Positions 46,796-58,260 of a stretch of DNA of 64,000 bases are shown piece by piece. The position numbers were made by a program, and so were the translations under genes. Source of the stretch: Candidatus Kryptoniota bacterium (lineage in GTDB: Bacteria > Bacteroidota > Ignavibacteria > Kryptoniales > JAKASW01); assembly GCA_049966155.1 (NCBI GenBank), contig JBMFVE010000001.1, forward strand, positions 543,831 through 607,830, given 5' to 3'. The notes below the pieces were generated by a model. That model saw only the letters and a list, made by a program, of their open reading frames with translations, was not told the DNA's origin and made no database searches. Every line of letters starts with the position of its first letter. The stretch's first letter is position 1.

Positions 46796-48733
46796 CTAAT
46801 TGGATTTAACTTCAGCTAATTTTATTACAGTTCCTTTCCTGAATTGCAAAATATTCATGTATTTATTTGTATTTCCACCTGAGAATCCAATAATTGAGTG
46901 AATGCCGCGATAGGTACAGTTTTGAAGAGATGCTTTAAGCTCTTCACGTGTTAAATTGCCGGAGCGGATTAATTGAAGTAACATATTGGTCACATCATAA
47001 CCGTATGCAACCGTACGATCAAATTCCTTATCTGAAATTTGAGAAAGCGTGTCGCTAATACTTCTAAATTGCGGAGAAGATGCATCCAGATAAGTGTCAC
47101 TGCAAAAAATAACCCCGTCAACGTAATCAACATTGTTTGTCAGATGATTCATATCATACCAATCGTCTGTGCCAAGTAATTGAGTTTTCACATTGTAGTA
47201 TGCCAGCTGAGCTCCTATAATTCCTATGTCTCTGGAGGAAGTCAGCGGTATGAAAATGGCCTCCAGCGAGCGCAGTGCATCAAATTGTGTCAGCGCTGTT
47301 CTTTCAGTGATTGGTATTCCCAGTGAATCAGCGAGCAAGTCTGCATCTTTTCCAAAAATATCATACGCATCCATAGTTCCCTTCACACGAACCAGGGAAT
47401 CTACCAAAGAAGGTGATAGCCCATAAGATTTTAATGCCGATATTTGGTATTTATTCAACTCCCCAAATTCTACATAGGGCTCTTTAAATCTTGCCGCATC
47501 ATTCTTTATCTGGGCAATTTGCTGAGATAAGTCTGTAGTACCACTCTCAAAGTAAGCCACAGAAATCGGCTTGATCCCCAGTTCATTTAACTTGGAGATA
47601 AAGTAACCGGCCATTATTTTTCCGTATGACTCTGACGGAGATAAAACCGCAATACGTTTGAGATGGAGAACATTTACGGCAAATTCTGCCATTACTTCCC
47701 CCCGAATTTTGAAATCTGGGTTCGCCTGGAAAACATACGAGCCTGCAGGGGCTAACCCCACCTGAGTCGCTGTTGGAGTAATTAAAGGCACATGCAAGCT
47801 GTTAACAATCGGCGCAGCGACACCAACTTCCCCGCTGAAAACAGGTCCCACAATAGCTTTAATATTCGAATCATCTGCCAATGCCCTTATGTCCTCATCA
47901 AGCTTTGACAGGTCACCGGAGTAATTTTCTAATCTCAGACCAACTCTTGGCCTGGCATTCCTATTATATTCGTCCAGAGCAAGCTGAATCCCGAGCATGA
48001 GTTTATCGCCGACACCGCTGCCGTACTCAAGCGGCAGCACTGCGCCAATTTTTAAATTCGCATTGCGCGCCTCCTTTTCCAACGCCAGCCTGTTCAGCCA
48101 TCCTTTCACTTCACCAGTAACAGCATACGGATATTTCTGCACAAACTCGTTAAGCATATCAAAAGCAAGCGATGCTTTGTCCGAAAAATACGCGCGCCTG
48201 ACAAAACCTACTGTCACTATTTCGGCAGAGCGACTGGACCGACAAATAGAAAAAAGTTTTTCAATTTCGTCAAAGCTCAAATTTGTCGCCACAATACTCT
48301 GCAGACTTGAGGCTGCTTTCTCAATCAGGGGTGATTCGCCTGCGGAATCTATAACTGAAACAAAAAGGAGTGAGGCACTATTATATTTTGCAAGTTCGTA
48401 ATCAGCTGCACCAAGTATATACTCCATTTCAAAATAATGGGGGTCCGTTGAAAATAATACAAAAAAGGAGTCTGCTAACTGTTCAACGTCTTTAAAACGT
48501 TTCAAATTGAACAGAGATCGAGCTCCATAATAGTAGGCCTCTGCTGATCGCTGGTTGAGTGAATCAATTATAATTTGCTTGAAATGCTGATAAGCTGCGG
48601 AGTAATCTCCCTCTCTAAAACTCTGAAGCCCAAGTGCAAAATGGGTTTCGTCAGCTGGACGAAATTGTATTTGGGCATCGGCTGATCCTAACAAAAATAT
48701 TAATATATTTATAAGAACTGTCGCTTTTATCAA
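46796..48733 (-). CDS. Periplasmic-binding-protein (LivJ/Peripla_BP_6-like) domain protein with an N-terminal TPR region; LpoA-like architecture
   Basis: 645 aa. Signal peptide, roughly 200 aa of TPR-like helices, then a type I PBP-like domain (IGAVLPLEYGSG...). The TTG start overlaps the stop of the upstream TPR gene (TTGA). Confidence 0.65.
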   Translation of the reverse strand: MIKATVLINILIFLLGSADAQIQFRPADETHFALGLQSFREGDYSAAYQHFKQIIIDSLNQRSAEAYYYGARSLFNLKRFKDVEQLADSFFVLFSTDPHYFEMEYILGAADYELAKYNSASLLFVSVIDSAGESPLIEKAASSLQSIVATNLSFDEIEKLFSICRSSRSAEIVTVGFVRRAYFSDKASLAFDMLNEFVQKYPYAVTGEVKGWLNRLALEKEARNANLKIGAVLPLEYGSGVGDKLMLGIQLALDEYNRNARPRVGLRLENYSGDLSKLDEDIRALADDSNIKAIVGPVFSGEVGVAAPIVNSLHVPLITPTATQVGLAPAGSYVFQANPDFKIRGEVMAEFAVNVLHLKRIAVLSPSESYGKIMAGYFISKLNELGIKPISVAYFESGTTDLSQQIAQIKNDAARFKEPYVEFGELNKYQISALKSYGLSPSLVDSLVRVKGTMDAYDIFGKDADLLADSLGIPITERTALTQFDALRSLEAIFIPLTSSRDIGIIGAQLAYYNVKTQLLGTDDWYDMNHLTNNVDYVDGVIFCSDTYLDASSPQFRSISDTLSQISDKEFDRTVAYGYDVTNMLLQLIRSGNLTREELKASLQNCTYRGIHSIIGFSGGNTNKYMNILQFRKGTVIKLAEVKSN

Positions 48734-49617
48734 TTGTGCCGATTCTCCTTGTTCGATCCTGATATTCTGTCAATAATTGATAAGTCGTCCTCTATAATAG
48801 AATCCTTTTTTGCAACTTCGTCGAAAAAACCCCTCGCTGCTTTGAGTTCCCCTGTGGCATTGTACAGATTTGCCATTATTTGTTTCAACTCGTCGCTCTT
48901 GGGGTTAATTGAAAATGCACGAGTTAAGTAGAATTCAGCCTCGGCATAGCGCTCCTGTTCAAAGAGGATTTTCCCGCACATAAGCCACCCCGGGAAAAAA
49001 TCAGGATCAGTGTCAACGAGCAAGCTAAATTCTTCAAGCGCAGAATTTAAATCGCCAAGGAGATAGTACGCAGTAGCAAGTTCAAGTCTAAACTCAAGCG
49101 AACCCTCGTTTATCCGAAGCTCCCGATTGAGATACTTTATAGCTTCCGTCAGGGAATTCTGCTTTAAGTAAATCTTGCCAAGAATGCCATTTGCATCTGG
49201 GTATTTTGGATTTATCTTCAAAACCTGTTTAGCTTCAGCAATGGCAGTCTTAAAATCCCCTTCCTCCAGCAAAATGGTTGCCATCGCCAGATGAACACCC
49301 GGATTTTTCCATGAGCTAACCAGTCTCAAATAAGGCAGAGACTTTTTAAAATCCCCGACACTGTAATACAGACTGCCGATTGCAAAAGCAATGCGTAAAT
49401 TCGCCGGTAATTTATTAAATCCGTCGAGCAAAATTTTCTCAGCAGCATCGTACTTTTTCAATCCAATGTAAATTTCTGCTAACTGAAGATATGCATCTGC
49501 GCATGAGGGGTCATCCTCTATTAATCTCATCAATAACTGAATTGCATGGAGAGGCCTTTGATCATTAAGATAATCTGAAGCTTCATCCAGTATTACCTGA
49601 TTCTGAGTTCCATTCAT
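48730..49617 (-). CDS. Tetratricopeptide repeat protein
   Basis: 295 aa. It consists of multiple 34-aa TPR-like repeats (A..YL.LA.IY...G....A). Confidence 0.75.
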   Translation of the reverse strand: MNGTQNQVILDEASDYLNDQRPLHAIQLLMRLIEDDPSCADAYLQLAEIYIGLKKYDAAEKILLDGFNKLPANLRIAFAIGSLYYSVGDFKKSLPYLRLVSSWKNPGVHLAMATILLEEGDFKTAIAEAKQVLKINPKYPDANGILGKIYLKQNSLTEAIKYLNRELRINEGSLEFRLELATAYYLLGDLNSALEEFSLLVDTDPDFFPGWLMCGKILFEQERYAEAEFYLTRAFSINPKSDELKQIMANLYNATGELKAARGFFDEVAKKDSIIEDDLSIIDRISGSNKENRHN

Positions 49618-49651
49618 AAAATGTATAAAATTTCTGTCATACTCATCTGAC

Positions 49652-51184
49652 TTATTCCCACTCTATTGTGGCAGGTGGTTTACTGCTTATATCGTAAACA
49701 ACTCTGTTAACACCACGAACCTCGTTGATAATCCTGTTGGAAACATTTGACAAAATATGATAAGGCATTTGGGCCCAGTCCGCTGTCATACCATCCTCGC
49801 TTGTAACTGCCCTGAGAGCAACTGTATATTCATACGTTCGCTCATCTCCCATCACTCCAACAGACTGCACAGGTAACAACACTGCAAAAGCCTGCCACAT
49901 GTCACCATAAATACCAAATTTCTTGATCTCATCAAGAAAAATTTCATCGGCCTGTCTGAGTATTTCGAGCTTTTCCGAAGTAACTTCTCCAATTATCCTC
50001 ACCGCCAGCCCGGGGCCGGGGAATGGGTGCCTTTCGAGAAGTTCCCTGTCAATGCCCAGCTCTGCACCAACTTTTCTGACTTCATCTTTAAAAAGGAGTC
50101 TAAAGGGCTCAATAAGTTTCAAATTCATCTTAGATGGAAGTCCACCAACATTATGGTGTGTCTTAATCTTTGCTGATGGCCCTCTATGTGATTTTGACTC
50201 AATTACATCAGGATAAAGCGTTCCCTGGGCAAGGAATTTTACATCCTTTATTTGCCTCCCCATACTTTCAAATATTTCAATAAACGTATTTCCTATTATC
50301 TTCCGCTTCTTCTCAGGATCAATCACCCCTTTTAAACGGCTTAGAAAAGTTTCCGAAGCATCTTTATAATGAAGGTTCATCTTAAAATTCTGTCGAAAAT
50401 ATTCGACAACTTTTTTGCTCTCGTCTTTTCGCATTAAGCCATTATCTATATGCACAGCATGCAATTGATTACCAATTGCACGATGAATTAAAACGGCCGC
50501 AACTGCTGAATCCACACCGCCACTTAATGCACAAATCACTTTTTCGTTGCCGACTTGATTGCGTATCTCGGCAATTGATTCTTCAATAAAATTCCCCGGA
50601 CGCCAGTCCCCTTTACAACCACAGATTTGATAAACAAAATTAGAAAGTATCTCCTTACCCTTATTCGTATGTATAACTTCAGGATGAAACTGCACACCAA
50701 ATATCTTGTTATCCGATGAACAAATAGCTGCAACAGGAGAATTCTCCGTGTGGGCAATTGAAGTGAAGCCCGGAGGGAGTTTTGTTACTTTATCAGCATG
50801 GCTCATCCACACTTTTACAACATCACCCACTCCTCTAAACAAATCTTTTGAATCATCGACAATTAGAAGTGCCTTGCCAAATTCCTGTCTCGCGCTTTTG
50901 TCAACCTCTCCTCCCAAAAGATATGCAACAACCTGTAATCCGTAACAGATTCCAAGTATGGGTATACTGCTTTCTAGTATTCGCCTATCCGGCAGGGGTG
51001 CCCCAGGCTGGTAAACACTTGATGGACCTCCGGAAAGAATTATTCCTTTAGGTAGCATCTCCATGACCCGTTCGTATGAAAGATCATAATTTTCTACCAG
51101 ACTCAGGACATTGAGTTCTCGGACACGTCGTGCAATTAATTGAGTGTACTGGCTGCCAAAGTCAAGAATTAATATTCTTTCCAC
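49652..51184 (-). CDS. guaA: GMP synthase (glutamine-hydrolysing)
   Basis: 510 aa. GATase1 domain (GICYG), ATP-PPase SGGVDS motif and the C-terminal dimerisation domain ending TIEWE. Confidence 0.95.
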   Translation of the reverse strand: MERILILDFGSQYTQLIARRVRELNVLSLVENYDLSYERVMEMLPKGIILSGGPSSVYQPGAPLPDRRILESSIPILGICYGLQVVAYLLGGEVDKSARQEFGKALLIVDDSKDLFRGVGDVVKVWMSHADKVTKLPPGFTSIAHTENSPVAAICSSDNKIFGVQFHPEVIHTNKGKEILSNFVYQICGCKGDWRPGNFIEESIAEIRNQVGNEKVICALSGGVDSAVAAVLIHRAIGNQLHAVHIDNGLMRKDESKKVVEYFRQNFKMNLHYKDASETFLSRLKGVIDPEKKRKIIGNTFIEIFESMGRQIKDVKFLAQGTLYPDVIESKSHRGPSAKIKTHHNVGGLPSKMNLKLIEPFRLLFKDEVRKVGAELGIDRELLERHPFPGPGLAVRIIGEVTSEKLEILRQADEIFLDEIKKFGIYGDMWQAFAVLLPVQSVGVMGDERTYEYTVALRAVTSEDGMTADWAQMPYHILSNVSNRIINEVRGVNRVVYDISSKPPATIEWE

Positions 51185-51211
51185 TTCAGGTCATCTTTCA
51201 TACTATCATTT

Positions 51212-52558
51212 TCACTTAGAGGGTGAAAATTTCTTCAAAAATTTCACAAAGGCATCAATCTCTGTACGTTTTCTTTTTTCTGTTACAGCAACAAGAAGCC
51301 CACTTTCAGACGGATCCAAAACGGATATATCTACCCCAGCCAAAAAGTTCTCCTTTAGACCAGCGTCTATGATACTTGAAGGAGCTACAGGCGTCGTTAC
51401 AAGGAATTCATTGAAAAAGGGTTGATGATATTTAATCTTATATCCTGGGATCTTCGAGATTTGATCAGCAAGGTAATGAGCATTTGCTGTGGATTGAAGT
51501 GCTACTTCGCGAATCCCTTCTTTTCCTAAAAGTGACATGTAAATTGTCGACGCCAGCATCATCAACCCCTCATTGGTGCATATATTTGAAGTAGCCCTTT
51601 CCCGCCTTATTTGTTGTTCACGCGTCTGTAAGGTCAGAACAAACCCTCTTTCACCGTCTGCATCTACTGTTACTCCTGCCAATCGTCCTGGTATTCGCCT
51701 AATGAGAAATTCCTTAACCGCAAAAATCCCAAGAAATGGCCCTCCAAAGTTTTGCTGAATCCCTAAAGGCTGTCCCTCTCCCACAACAACATCAGCCCCA
51801 TATTCCGATGGCGGCTTCAATATGCCAAGTGAAATAGGATTTACATCAACAATCAATATTGATCCTTTTGAATGAACAAGTTCACTTAACGAAAGCATTT
51901 CGCTCAGTGTCCCCAGAAATGATGGAAGTTGAACAATTAATGAGGCGGTTTTATCGTCAATAATCCTTTCAACCGCTCCAGCATCTACAACCCCCCTGGC
52001 AGAAGGAACCTCAACGACTTCAAATCCCTGTCCATGACAGTATGTTTTAACAACCTGAACATAAAAGGGGTTTACAGGGTGTGCCACTATAATTTTTTTC
52101 CTTCCCGTATAGCCGGCGGACAAAAGTGCGGCTTCTGCCATAGCACTCCCGGCATCGTACATTGACGCATTTGAAACGTCCATTCCTGTCAGGCGGCACA
52201 CCATTGTTTGATATTCATAAATCGCCTGCAACGTTCCCTGGCTCACCTCTGCTTGATAGGGTGTGTAGGCGGTGTAATATTCTGACCTATTCAAAATTGC
52301 CCCGATAACAGAAGGGACAAAGTGATCGTAGGCACCTGCGCCAAGGAAGGAAATGAAATCCGATGTACTGATATTTTTTTTAGCCAGACTCGAAAGATGA
52401 GCAAGTACTTCCAGCTCACTCATTGCTTCAGGGATCTTCAAATCTCCTTTTAATCTAATTTCATCCGGTATTTCCCTTATGAGTTCTTCAAACTGCGTAA
52501 TTCCTATTGTCTTCAGCATTTCACGGCGATCTTCATCCGTGTTGGGATAAAATGTCAT
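51212..52558 (-). CDS. gcvPA: Glycine dehydrogenase (aminomethyl-transferring) subunit 1
   Basis: 448 aa. The pattern is typical of the split P-protein alpha subunit (YTPYQAEVSQGTLQAIYEYQ). Confidence 0.9.
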   Translation of the reverse strand: MTFYPNTDEDRREMLKTIGITQFEELIREIPDEIRLKGDLKIPEAMSELEVLAHLSSLAKKNISTSDFISFLGAGAYDHFVPSVIGAILNRSEYYTAYTPYQAEVSQGTLQAIYEYQTMVCRLTGMDVSNASMYDAGSAMAEAALLSAGYTGRKKIIVAHPVNPFYVQVVKTYCHGQGFEVVEVPSARGVVDAGAVERIIDDKTASLIVQLPSFLGTLSEMLSLSELVHSKGSILIVDVNPISLGILKPPSEYGADVVVGEGQPLGIQQNFGGPFLGIFAVKEFLIRRIPGRLAGVTVDADGERGFVLTLQTREQQIRRERATSNICTNEGLMMLASTIYMSLLGKEGIREVALQSTANAHYLADQISKIPGYKIKYHQPFFNEFLVTTPVAPSSIIDAGLKENFLAGVDISVLDPSESGLLVAVTEKRKRTEIDAFVKFLKKFSPSK

Positions 52559-52624
52559 TTTAATCTCCCTTTCCCTTGAGGAAATTAATCCCCAAAGTCA
52601 TTGATGACAAATTGATGGTTTGAA

Positions 52625-53005
52625 CTAATGGCCAATCATCGTTGCATATCTTGAAGCATCTAGTAGGTTGTCCAGTTCACCTTTGTCAGAAATTTTTATC
52701 TTAAGCATCCATCCACCACTGTACGGCTCCTTATTAACCAGTTCAGGTGAATCTTTCAGCGCAGCATTAACCTCCAACACCTCCCCGCTGACAGGTGCAT
52801 AAAGATCGGACACCGTCTTGACTGCCTCAACTGTCCCAAATCGCTTACCCTGTTCGAGCTTAGTTCCGATATCAGGTAACTCAACGAAGACAATATCGCC
52901 CAACTCGCTTTGTGCATATTCTGTAATGCCGACAATGCCGATTTGGCCATCTACCCGAATCCATTCGTGATCCTTTGTGTACTTCAGTTCTTGTGGAAAG
53001 TCCAT
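52625..53005 (-). CDS. gcvH: Glycine cleavage system H protein
   Basis: 126 aa. Lipoyl-lysine context VEAVKTVSDLYAP. Confidence 0.92.
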   Translation of the reverse strand: MDFPQELKYTKDHEWIRVDGQIGIVGITEYAQSELGDIVFVELPDIGTKLEQGKRFGTVEAVKTVSDLYAPVSGEVLEVNAALKDSPELVNKEPYSGGWMLKIKISDKGELDNLLDASRYATMIGH

Positions 53006-53016
53006 TTTATTCTCCT

Positions 53017-54357
53017 CTAATCTGAAAAGTTAAATGTATCCAGAAAGTGTGTGTCAAATTTACCTTCGCGAAAACGTTCATCTTTCATAACTTTCAAATG
53101 AAATGGTATAGTGGTAGAAATTCCTTCTATCACGAATTCATCAAGTGCTCGATACATTCTATCAATCGCTTCCATTCGTGTTTGTCCATAAGCGATAAGT
53201 TTTCCCACCAATGAGTCGTAATACGGGGGAATTGTGTAGCCGGCATAAGCATGAGTATCTACCCGAACACCATACCCTCCTGGCATGTGGAAACCAGTTA
53301 TGGTTCCGGGCGTTGGCCGAAAGTTCTTGTAAGGGTCTTCTGCATTTATTCTACACTCTATGGCATGACCTGTTTGCCTTAGCTTTCTCTTCGGCACGCG
53401 TCCGCCAGCAGCGATTTCAATTTGATACCTGACCAGGTCCATCCCAACTACCAGTTCTGTAACAGGATGTTCAACCTGAATTCTCGTATTCATTTCCATG
53501 AAGTAGAAATTTTTATACTTATCGACAAGAAACTCAATCGTACCGGCACCTTCATACTTCACGCTTTTTGACCCCTTTACAGCTGCCATCCCCATTTTTT
53601 CACGAAGTTCCGAATCAACTATTGGAGAAGGGGATTCCTCAATAAGCTTCTGGTGTCTCCGCTGTATAGAACACTCCCGCTCTCCTAAATGAATCACCTC
53701 GCCATGTCGATCACCCAGTACCTGTATTTCTACATGCCGGGGCTCTTCGACATATTTTTCTATATAAACCGCACCATTGCCAAAAGCCGCCTCTGCTTCT
53801 GTTTTTGCCATCTGAAATTGACGTTCAAATTCATCTGAATCCCATGCAATTCTCATCCCCTTCCCACCGCCACCCGCTGTCGCTTTAATGATTACGGGAA
53901 AACCAACAGATATTGCAATTTCCTTTGCTTCACGAACATCCTCAACAATGCCATCACTACCAGGAACTACAGGTACACCAGCTTTACGCATAGTCTCTTT
54001 CGCAAAAGCTTTGTCACCCATTGCACTTATCATATCCGGACTTGGCCCGATGAACTTTATACCGCTACTTTCGCAAATTTCTGAAAACTGAGCGTTTTCT
54101 GCCAGAAATCCATAGCCGGGATGGATTGCATCGGCATTTGTAATTTCAGCAGCTGCAATTAATCTGGGAATGTTAAGATAGCTCTCTCTACTTGGTGGAG
54201 GGCCTATGCATACCGCTTCATCTGCAAAACGTACATGTAAAGCATCACGGTCTGCTTCTGAATAGACTGCAACGGTTTTTATCCCCATTTCCTTGCATGT
54301 GCGAATAACTCTTAAAGCAATCTCTCCTCTATTTGCTATTAATATTTTATTGAACAA
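53017..54357 (-). CDS. accC: Acetyl-CoA carboxylase biotin carboxylase subunit
   Basis: ATP-grasp biotin carboxylase pattern. With a TTG start at 54357 the N-terminus is (M)[13 protein letters not shown], which aligns with E. coli [19 protein letters not shown] lies 5 nt upstream. The track start at 54408 is over-extended into accB. Confidence 0.92.
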   Translation of the reverse strand: MFNKILIANRGEIALRVIRTCKEMGIKTVAVYSEADRDALHVRFADEAVCIGPPPSRESYLNIPRLIAAAEITNADAIHPGYGFLAENAQFSEICESSGIKFIGPSPDMISAMGDKAFAKETMRKAGVPVVPGSDGIVEDVREAKEIAISVGFPVIIKATAGGGGKGMRIAWDSDEFERQFQMAKTEAEAAFGNGAVYIEKYVEEPRHVEIQVLGDRHGEVIHLGERECSIQRRHQKLIEESPSPIVDSELREKMGMAAVKGSKSVKYEGAGTIEFLVDKYKNFYFMEMNTRIQVEHPVTELVVGMDLVRYQIEIAAGGRVPKRKLRQTGHAIECRINAEDPYKNFRPTPGTITGFHMPGGYGVRVDTHAYAGYTIPPYYDSLVGKLIAYGQTRMEAIDRMYRALDEFVIEGISTTIPFHLKVMKDERFREGKFDTHFLDTFNFSD

Positions 54358-54394
54358 GCCCTCCTCCAGAAGTATACCCTTCAACCATCTTATC

Positions 54395-54895
54395 TCACGA
54401 AGGATCAATCATAAATAAACACTGATTGTACTCAACAGGCTGCCCATTCTCAACGCAAATTTTTACAACTCTACCCGCAACGTCGGATTCGATTTCATTC
54501 ATCAGCTTCATTGCCTCAATTATACACAAAACGGTTCCCACTTGAACGTTTGATCCAATTTCAACATACGGATCTGCGTTTGGAGCCGGCGCCCTGTAAA
54601 ATGTTCCGACTATAGGAGAACGGACTTCATGATATTTCTTCTCCGTCGTTTCGGATAAACTATCCTTTTGTGCAACAGGTGACGGCTGAGAAGGAGTTGT
54701 AATCGGAACAGTAGATGGATAGGTTGTTGGCTGCTGGAGAATATATTGTGGTATGGTTCCGGAGGGCATTTGTACTATAGAATTTGATTTTGACTTTGAA
54801 ATTCGTACCTTTGTGCCTTCCTCCTCTATCTCAAGTTCATCTACACCGCTCTCATCAACCAATTTAACAAGCTTTCTTAAGTAACTAAGATCCAT
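54395..54895 (-). CDS. accB: Acetyl-CoA carboxylase biotin carboxyl carrier protein
   Basis: The N-terminus [24 protein letters not shown] parallels E. coli AccB. A Pro/Thr/Ser linker follows, then the biotinyl-lysine context [12 protein letters not shown] 54895 has GGAG 6 nt upstream. Confidence 0.92.
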   Translation of the reverse strand: MDLSYLRKLVKLVDESGVDELEIEEEGTKVRISKSKSNSIVQMPSGTIPQYILQQPTTYPSTVPITTPSQPSPVAQKDSLSETTEKKYHEVRSPIVGTFYRAPAPNADPYVEIGSNVQVGTVLCIIEAMKLMNEIESDVAGRVVKICVENGQPVEYNQCLFMIDPS

Positions 54896-54951
54896 GGTAT
54901 TCTCCAATTTAGCAAAAAATCACCAACTGTTCCCCCTCACTCCACTGGCTA

Positions 54952-55512
54952 TCACTTCACACGCTCCACGTATTCACCTGTCCGCGTGTCTATCTTCAAA
55001 ACTTCACCTTCTTCCACAAACAGCGGGACATTTACAACTGCCCCGGTTTCAAGCCTTGCAGGCTTCATAACATTGCTCACAGTGTCTCCTTTTATACCGG
55101 GTTCTGTTTCTATAACTCTTAAGTTTACAAAAATAGGGATTTCCACTCCAAGAATCTCTGTCCCGTTGAACATAATTTGTACATTCTCATTTTCTTTAAG
55201 AAATTTACTTCGGTCTCCAACTATTTCTTCCAGCACCTGTATCTGATCATATGTCTCAAGGTCCATAAAAACCAGCATCTCACCATCCCGATAAAGATAC
55301 TGGTAAGGACGCTGCTCAATACGAACGACGTCTACTGTCTCTCCTGCCCGAAATCTGGTTTCCACAACCTGACCGGTTTTTATGTTTTTCAACTTTGCAC
55401 GGACAAATGCCCGCCAGTTTCCCGGATTAACGTGTTGAAATTCAACAATACTCCATAATCCATCGTTATACTTAATCGTCATTCCTGATCGAAAGTCAGA
55501 AGTAGTTGCCAT
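54952..55512 (-). CDS. efp: Elongation factor P
   Basis: 186 aa with the EF-P three-domain pattern. The loop around residue 32 reads KLKNIKTGQ. Confidence 0.93.
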   Translation of the reverse strand: MATTSDFRSGMTIKYNDGLWSIVEFQHVNPGNWRAFVRAKLKNIKTGQVVETRFRAGETVDVVRIEQRPYQYLYRDGEMLVFMDLETYDQIQVLEEIVGDRSKFLKENENVQIMFNGTEILGVEIPIFVNLRVIETEPGIKGDTVSNVMKPARLETGAVVNVPLFVEEGEVLKIDTRTGEYVERVK

Positions 55513-55772
55513 AACCTCCCATAGTTAGATTTGTTAAAAAATGTTCCCTTTTTGTTGCCAAAAAATATAAATTTGGTTGCCTCCAAAATCAAGGATAAGG
55601 GTCAGCCCGAAACAGTCCTTCAAAAACGCACGGCTATTGCCCTTTCATTTTTACAGCCATATTGCTAATATTTACTATACAAATTGTTACGGAGGCCAGA
55701 AGCCTTCTATGGCATGATTTGAAGTTTCAAACATTGCATTAAACAGCTATCTACCTATTGGAGGTATAAGAA

Positions 55773-56426
55773 ATGAAATTTTTCATCGACACTGCGAATC
55801 TTGACGAAATAAAAGAGGCAGCGGAACTTGGCGTGCTGGATGGAGTTACAACAAATCCAAGTCTGGTGGCAAAGGAGAAATATGACATCACATTCAAGGA
55901 ACTTATAGGAGAAATTTGCAAGATAGTTAATGGCCCGGTCAGTGCAGAAGTAATCTCGACAGACCTGCAGGGGATGCTTAAAGAAGCACACGAACTGGCT
56001 ATGATTTCAGACAATGTTGTTGTCAAAATTCCGTTGATTAAAGAAGGACTGAAAGCTGTAAAGCGCCTTAAGGCAGATGGAATAAGGACAAATGTAACAC
56101 TTTGTTTCTCTCCTACACAGGCTCTATTGGCTGCAAAAGCCGGCGCATCGTACATCAGTCCATTCGTCGGTCGGCTCGACGATATAAGTGGAGATGGAAT
56201 GGCTCTTGTCCAGCAAATAATCACAATATACGACAACTACGGTTTTGATACCGAGGTTCTTGTTGCAAGCGTCCGGCATCCTGTTCATGTTGTACAGGCT
56301 GCCCTTATGGGAGCAGACATAGCGACAATGCCATTTAAGGTTATCGAACAACTTGTTAGACATCCTTTAACAGACGTTGGTTTGCAGAGATTTTTGGAAG
56401 ATTGGAAAAAGGCAAACGTAAAATGA
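55773..56426 (+). CDS. tal: Transaldolase (short type 3B) / fructose-6-phosphate aldolase family
   Basis: 217 aa. [16 protein letters not shown]...GVTTNPSL and the Schiff-base Lys context VVVKIP. GGAGG lies upstream. Confidence 0.9.
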   Translation: MKFFIDTANLDEIKEAAELGVLDGVTTNPSLVAKEKYDITFKELIGEICKIVNGPVSAEVISTDLQGMLKEAHELAMISDNVVVKIPLIKEGLKAVKRLKADGIRTNVTLCFSPTQALLAAKAGASYISPFVGRLDDISGDGMALVQQIITIYDNYGFDTEVLVASVRHPVHVVQAALMGADIATMPFKVIEQLVRHPLTDVGLQRFLEDWKKANVK

Positions 56427-57508
56427 ATAAAACCCCGTTTAATGAGATACATAAACAGTTAGGAGCAAAGATGGTCGAATTTGCCGGCTTTGAAATGCCG
56501 GTTCAGTATTCGAGCATTGTCGAAGAACACAAGCGCGTCAGAGAAAGTGTAGGCGTTTTCGATGTTTCTCATATGGGAGAATTTTTCGTAAGCGGCCGGG
56601 ACTCCGAACTCTTTTTACAAAAGACAACTATTAATGATGTGACAAAGCTATATTATGGGCGTGCCCAGTACTCAGCCCTTATTAACGATGAAGGCAATTT
56701 GCTGGATGACCTGATTGTGTATAAAATGCAGGATAAATATATGGTCGTCGTAAACGCTGCTAATATTGAAAAGGACTTTAGAATTTTTTCGTCAAGGATA
56801 ATCGGTGATGTAAAAATTGACAATGCCAGTGACCGTATTGGTTTATTGTCTGTTCAGGGCCCCAAATCTGTCGAAACGCTGCAAAAGCTGACAAAAACCG
56901 ATCTCAGCGCAATCCGGTATTACCATTTTGCCGAGGGAAAAATTGCCGGTATCGATAGTATAATATCCAGGACTGGTTACACGGGTGAGCTGGGATTCGA
57001 AATATTTTTTGAAGTCAGACAGGATAACTACAGGGCACTATGGAAATCTATATTTGAAGCAGGTGCGGAATTTGGAATCATCCCGGTGGGCCTGGGAGCA
57101 AGAGATACGCTGCGCCTCGAGATGGGATATTGTCTGTATGGCAATGACATTGATGAGACAACGAACCCTTTGGAAGCAGGACTGAGTTGGATTACAAAAC
57201 TCGACAAAGGCGACTTCATTGGAAAAGATGCTCTTCTCAGAGCAAGACAAAACATTACCAGAAAACTTATAGGATTTAAACTGATCGAGAACGGAATACC
57301 GCGTCACGGCTACGAGATATTCTCGGGCGATAGGAAAGTAGGCTTTGTCACCAGCGGCACCTTCTCCCCGATTTTACAACAGGGGATAGGAATGGGATAT
57401 GTGCAGAAGGAATTTTCAAACGAAGGGACTGAAATTAAAATTGATATCCGCGGAAAAAGAGTCAGCGCGAAGGTGGTCAATCCTCCTTTTGTGCCAAAGA
57501 AGAACTGA
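56423..57508 (+). CDS. gcvT: Glycine cleavage system aminomethyltransferase T
   Basis: The N-terminus [29 protein letters not shown] is canonical GcvT. ATG 56423 overlaps the tal stop (ATGA). The TTG at 56402 is over-extended. Confidence 0.92.
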   Translation: MNKTPFNEIHKQLGAKMVEFAGFEMPVQYSSIVEEHKRVRESVGVFDVSHMGEFFVSGRDSELFLQKTTINDVTKLYYGRAQYSALINDEGNLLDDLIVYKMQDKYMVVVNAANIEKDFRIFSSRIIGDVKIDNASDRIGLLSVQGPKSVETLQKLTKTDLSAIRYYHFAEGKIAGIDSIISRTGYTGELGFEIFFEVRQDNYRALWKSIFEAGAEFGIIPVGLGARDTLRLEMGYCLYGNDIDETTNPLEAGLSWITKLDKGDFIGKDALLRARQNITRKLIGFKLIENGIPRHGYEIFSGDRKVGFVTSGTFSPILQQGIGMGYVQKEFSNEGTEIKIDIRGKRVSAKVVNPPFVPKKN

Positions 57509-57519
57509 GGCAGGCAAGA

Positions 57520-58260
57520 ATGAGGGTAGAAGTTTTGTTTACACCCGCTGAGGTGGACGAACTCAGCATGCGGAGTAAGAATGTCGTTATTATCGACGTG
57601 CTAAGAGCCAGTAGCACAATTTGCACAGCCCTGACAAACGGAGCAAAGGAAATTATTCCAACGCCAGATGTTGAAAGCGCCACGAAAATAGCATCAAACC
57701 TCAGTCCCGATTCTCACCTGCTTGGTGGAGAGCGACAGGGGAAAAGAATAGATGGATTTCACCTTGGCAATTCCCCCCTTGAATATAGTGCGGAAAAAGT
57801 AGCCGGAAAGACAATAGTTTTTACAACAACAAACGGCACCGGTGCAATTTACAAATGCCGATATGCTTCTGTTGCGATTATTGGCTCTTTTCTCAACCTG
57901 TCGGCGGTCGTTCAAGTAATGCGGGAAACGGGGAATGAATGGACGATCCTCTGCGCCGGTCAGCAGGCGAACTTCTCAATTGAAGATGCAGCATGCGCAG
58001 GAATGATTCTCTCAAAACTCAATACCAGTCAACTGGCTGAAACAGATGATGCGGGCTTGACATGTATGATTCTTTACAAGAACTTTAAGGGAAATATACT
58101 CCGTATGATGAAAAAGTCCAGCCACGGCCAGTACCTGATATCCATTGGTATGAAGGAAGACTTAAAATATTGCTCGGAAGTAGACAAATTATCAGTCATA
58201 CCTGTAATAGATGGCGTAAGCATCAGGGTAAAATCTAACAAAACAATAAATAATGGCTGA
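57520..58260 (+). CDS. comB: 2-phosphosulfolactate phosphatase (ComB) family protein
   Basis: 246 aa with the ComB-family pattern (VVIIDVLRASSTI...NGT). Confidence 0.75.
   Translation: MRVEVLFTPAEVDELSMRSKNVVIIDVLRASSTICTALTNGAKEIIPTPDVESATKIASNLSPDSHLLGGERQGKRIDGFHLGNSPLEYSAEKVAGKTIVFTTTNGTGAIYKCRYASVAIIGSFLNLSAVVQVMRETGNEWTILCAGQQANFSIEDAACAGMILSKLNTSQLAETDDAGLTCMILYKNFKGNILRMMKKSSHGQYLISIGMKEDLKYCSEVDKLSVIPVIDGVSIRVKSNKTINNG

Noticed and set aside
55513-55772. Glycine riboswitch upstream of tal-gcvT
   Set aside because: No GGAGAG...CACCGAAGGGGCAA-type tandem aptamer features are visible. The spacer looks like an ordinary AT-rich divergent promoter region.
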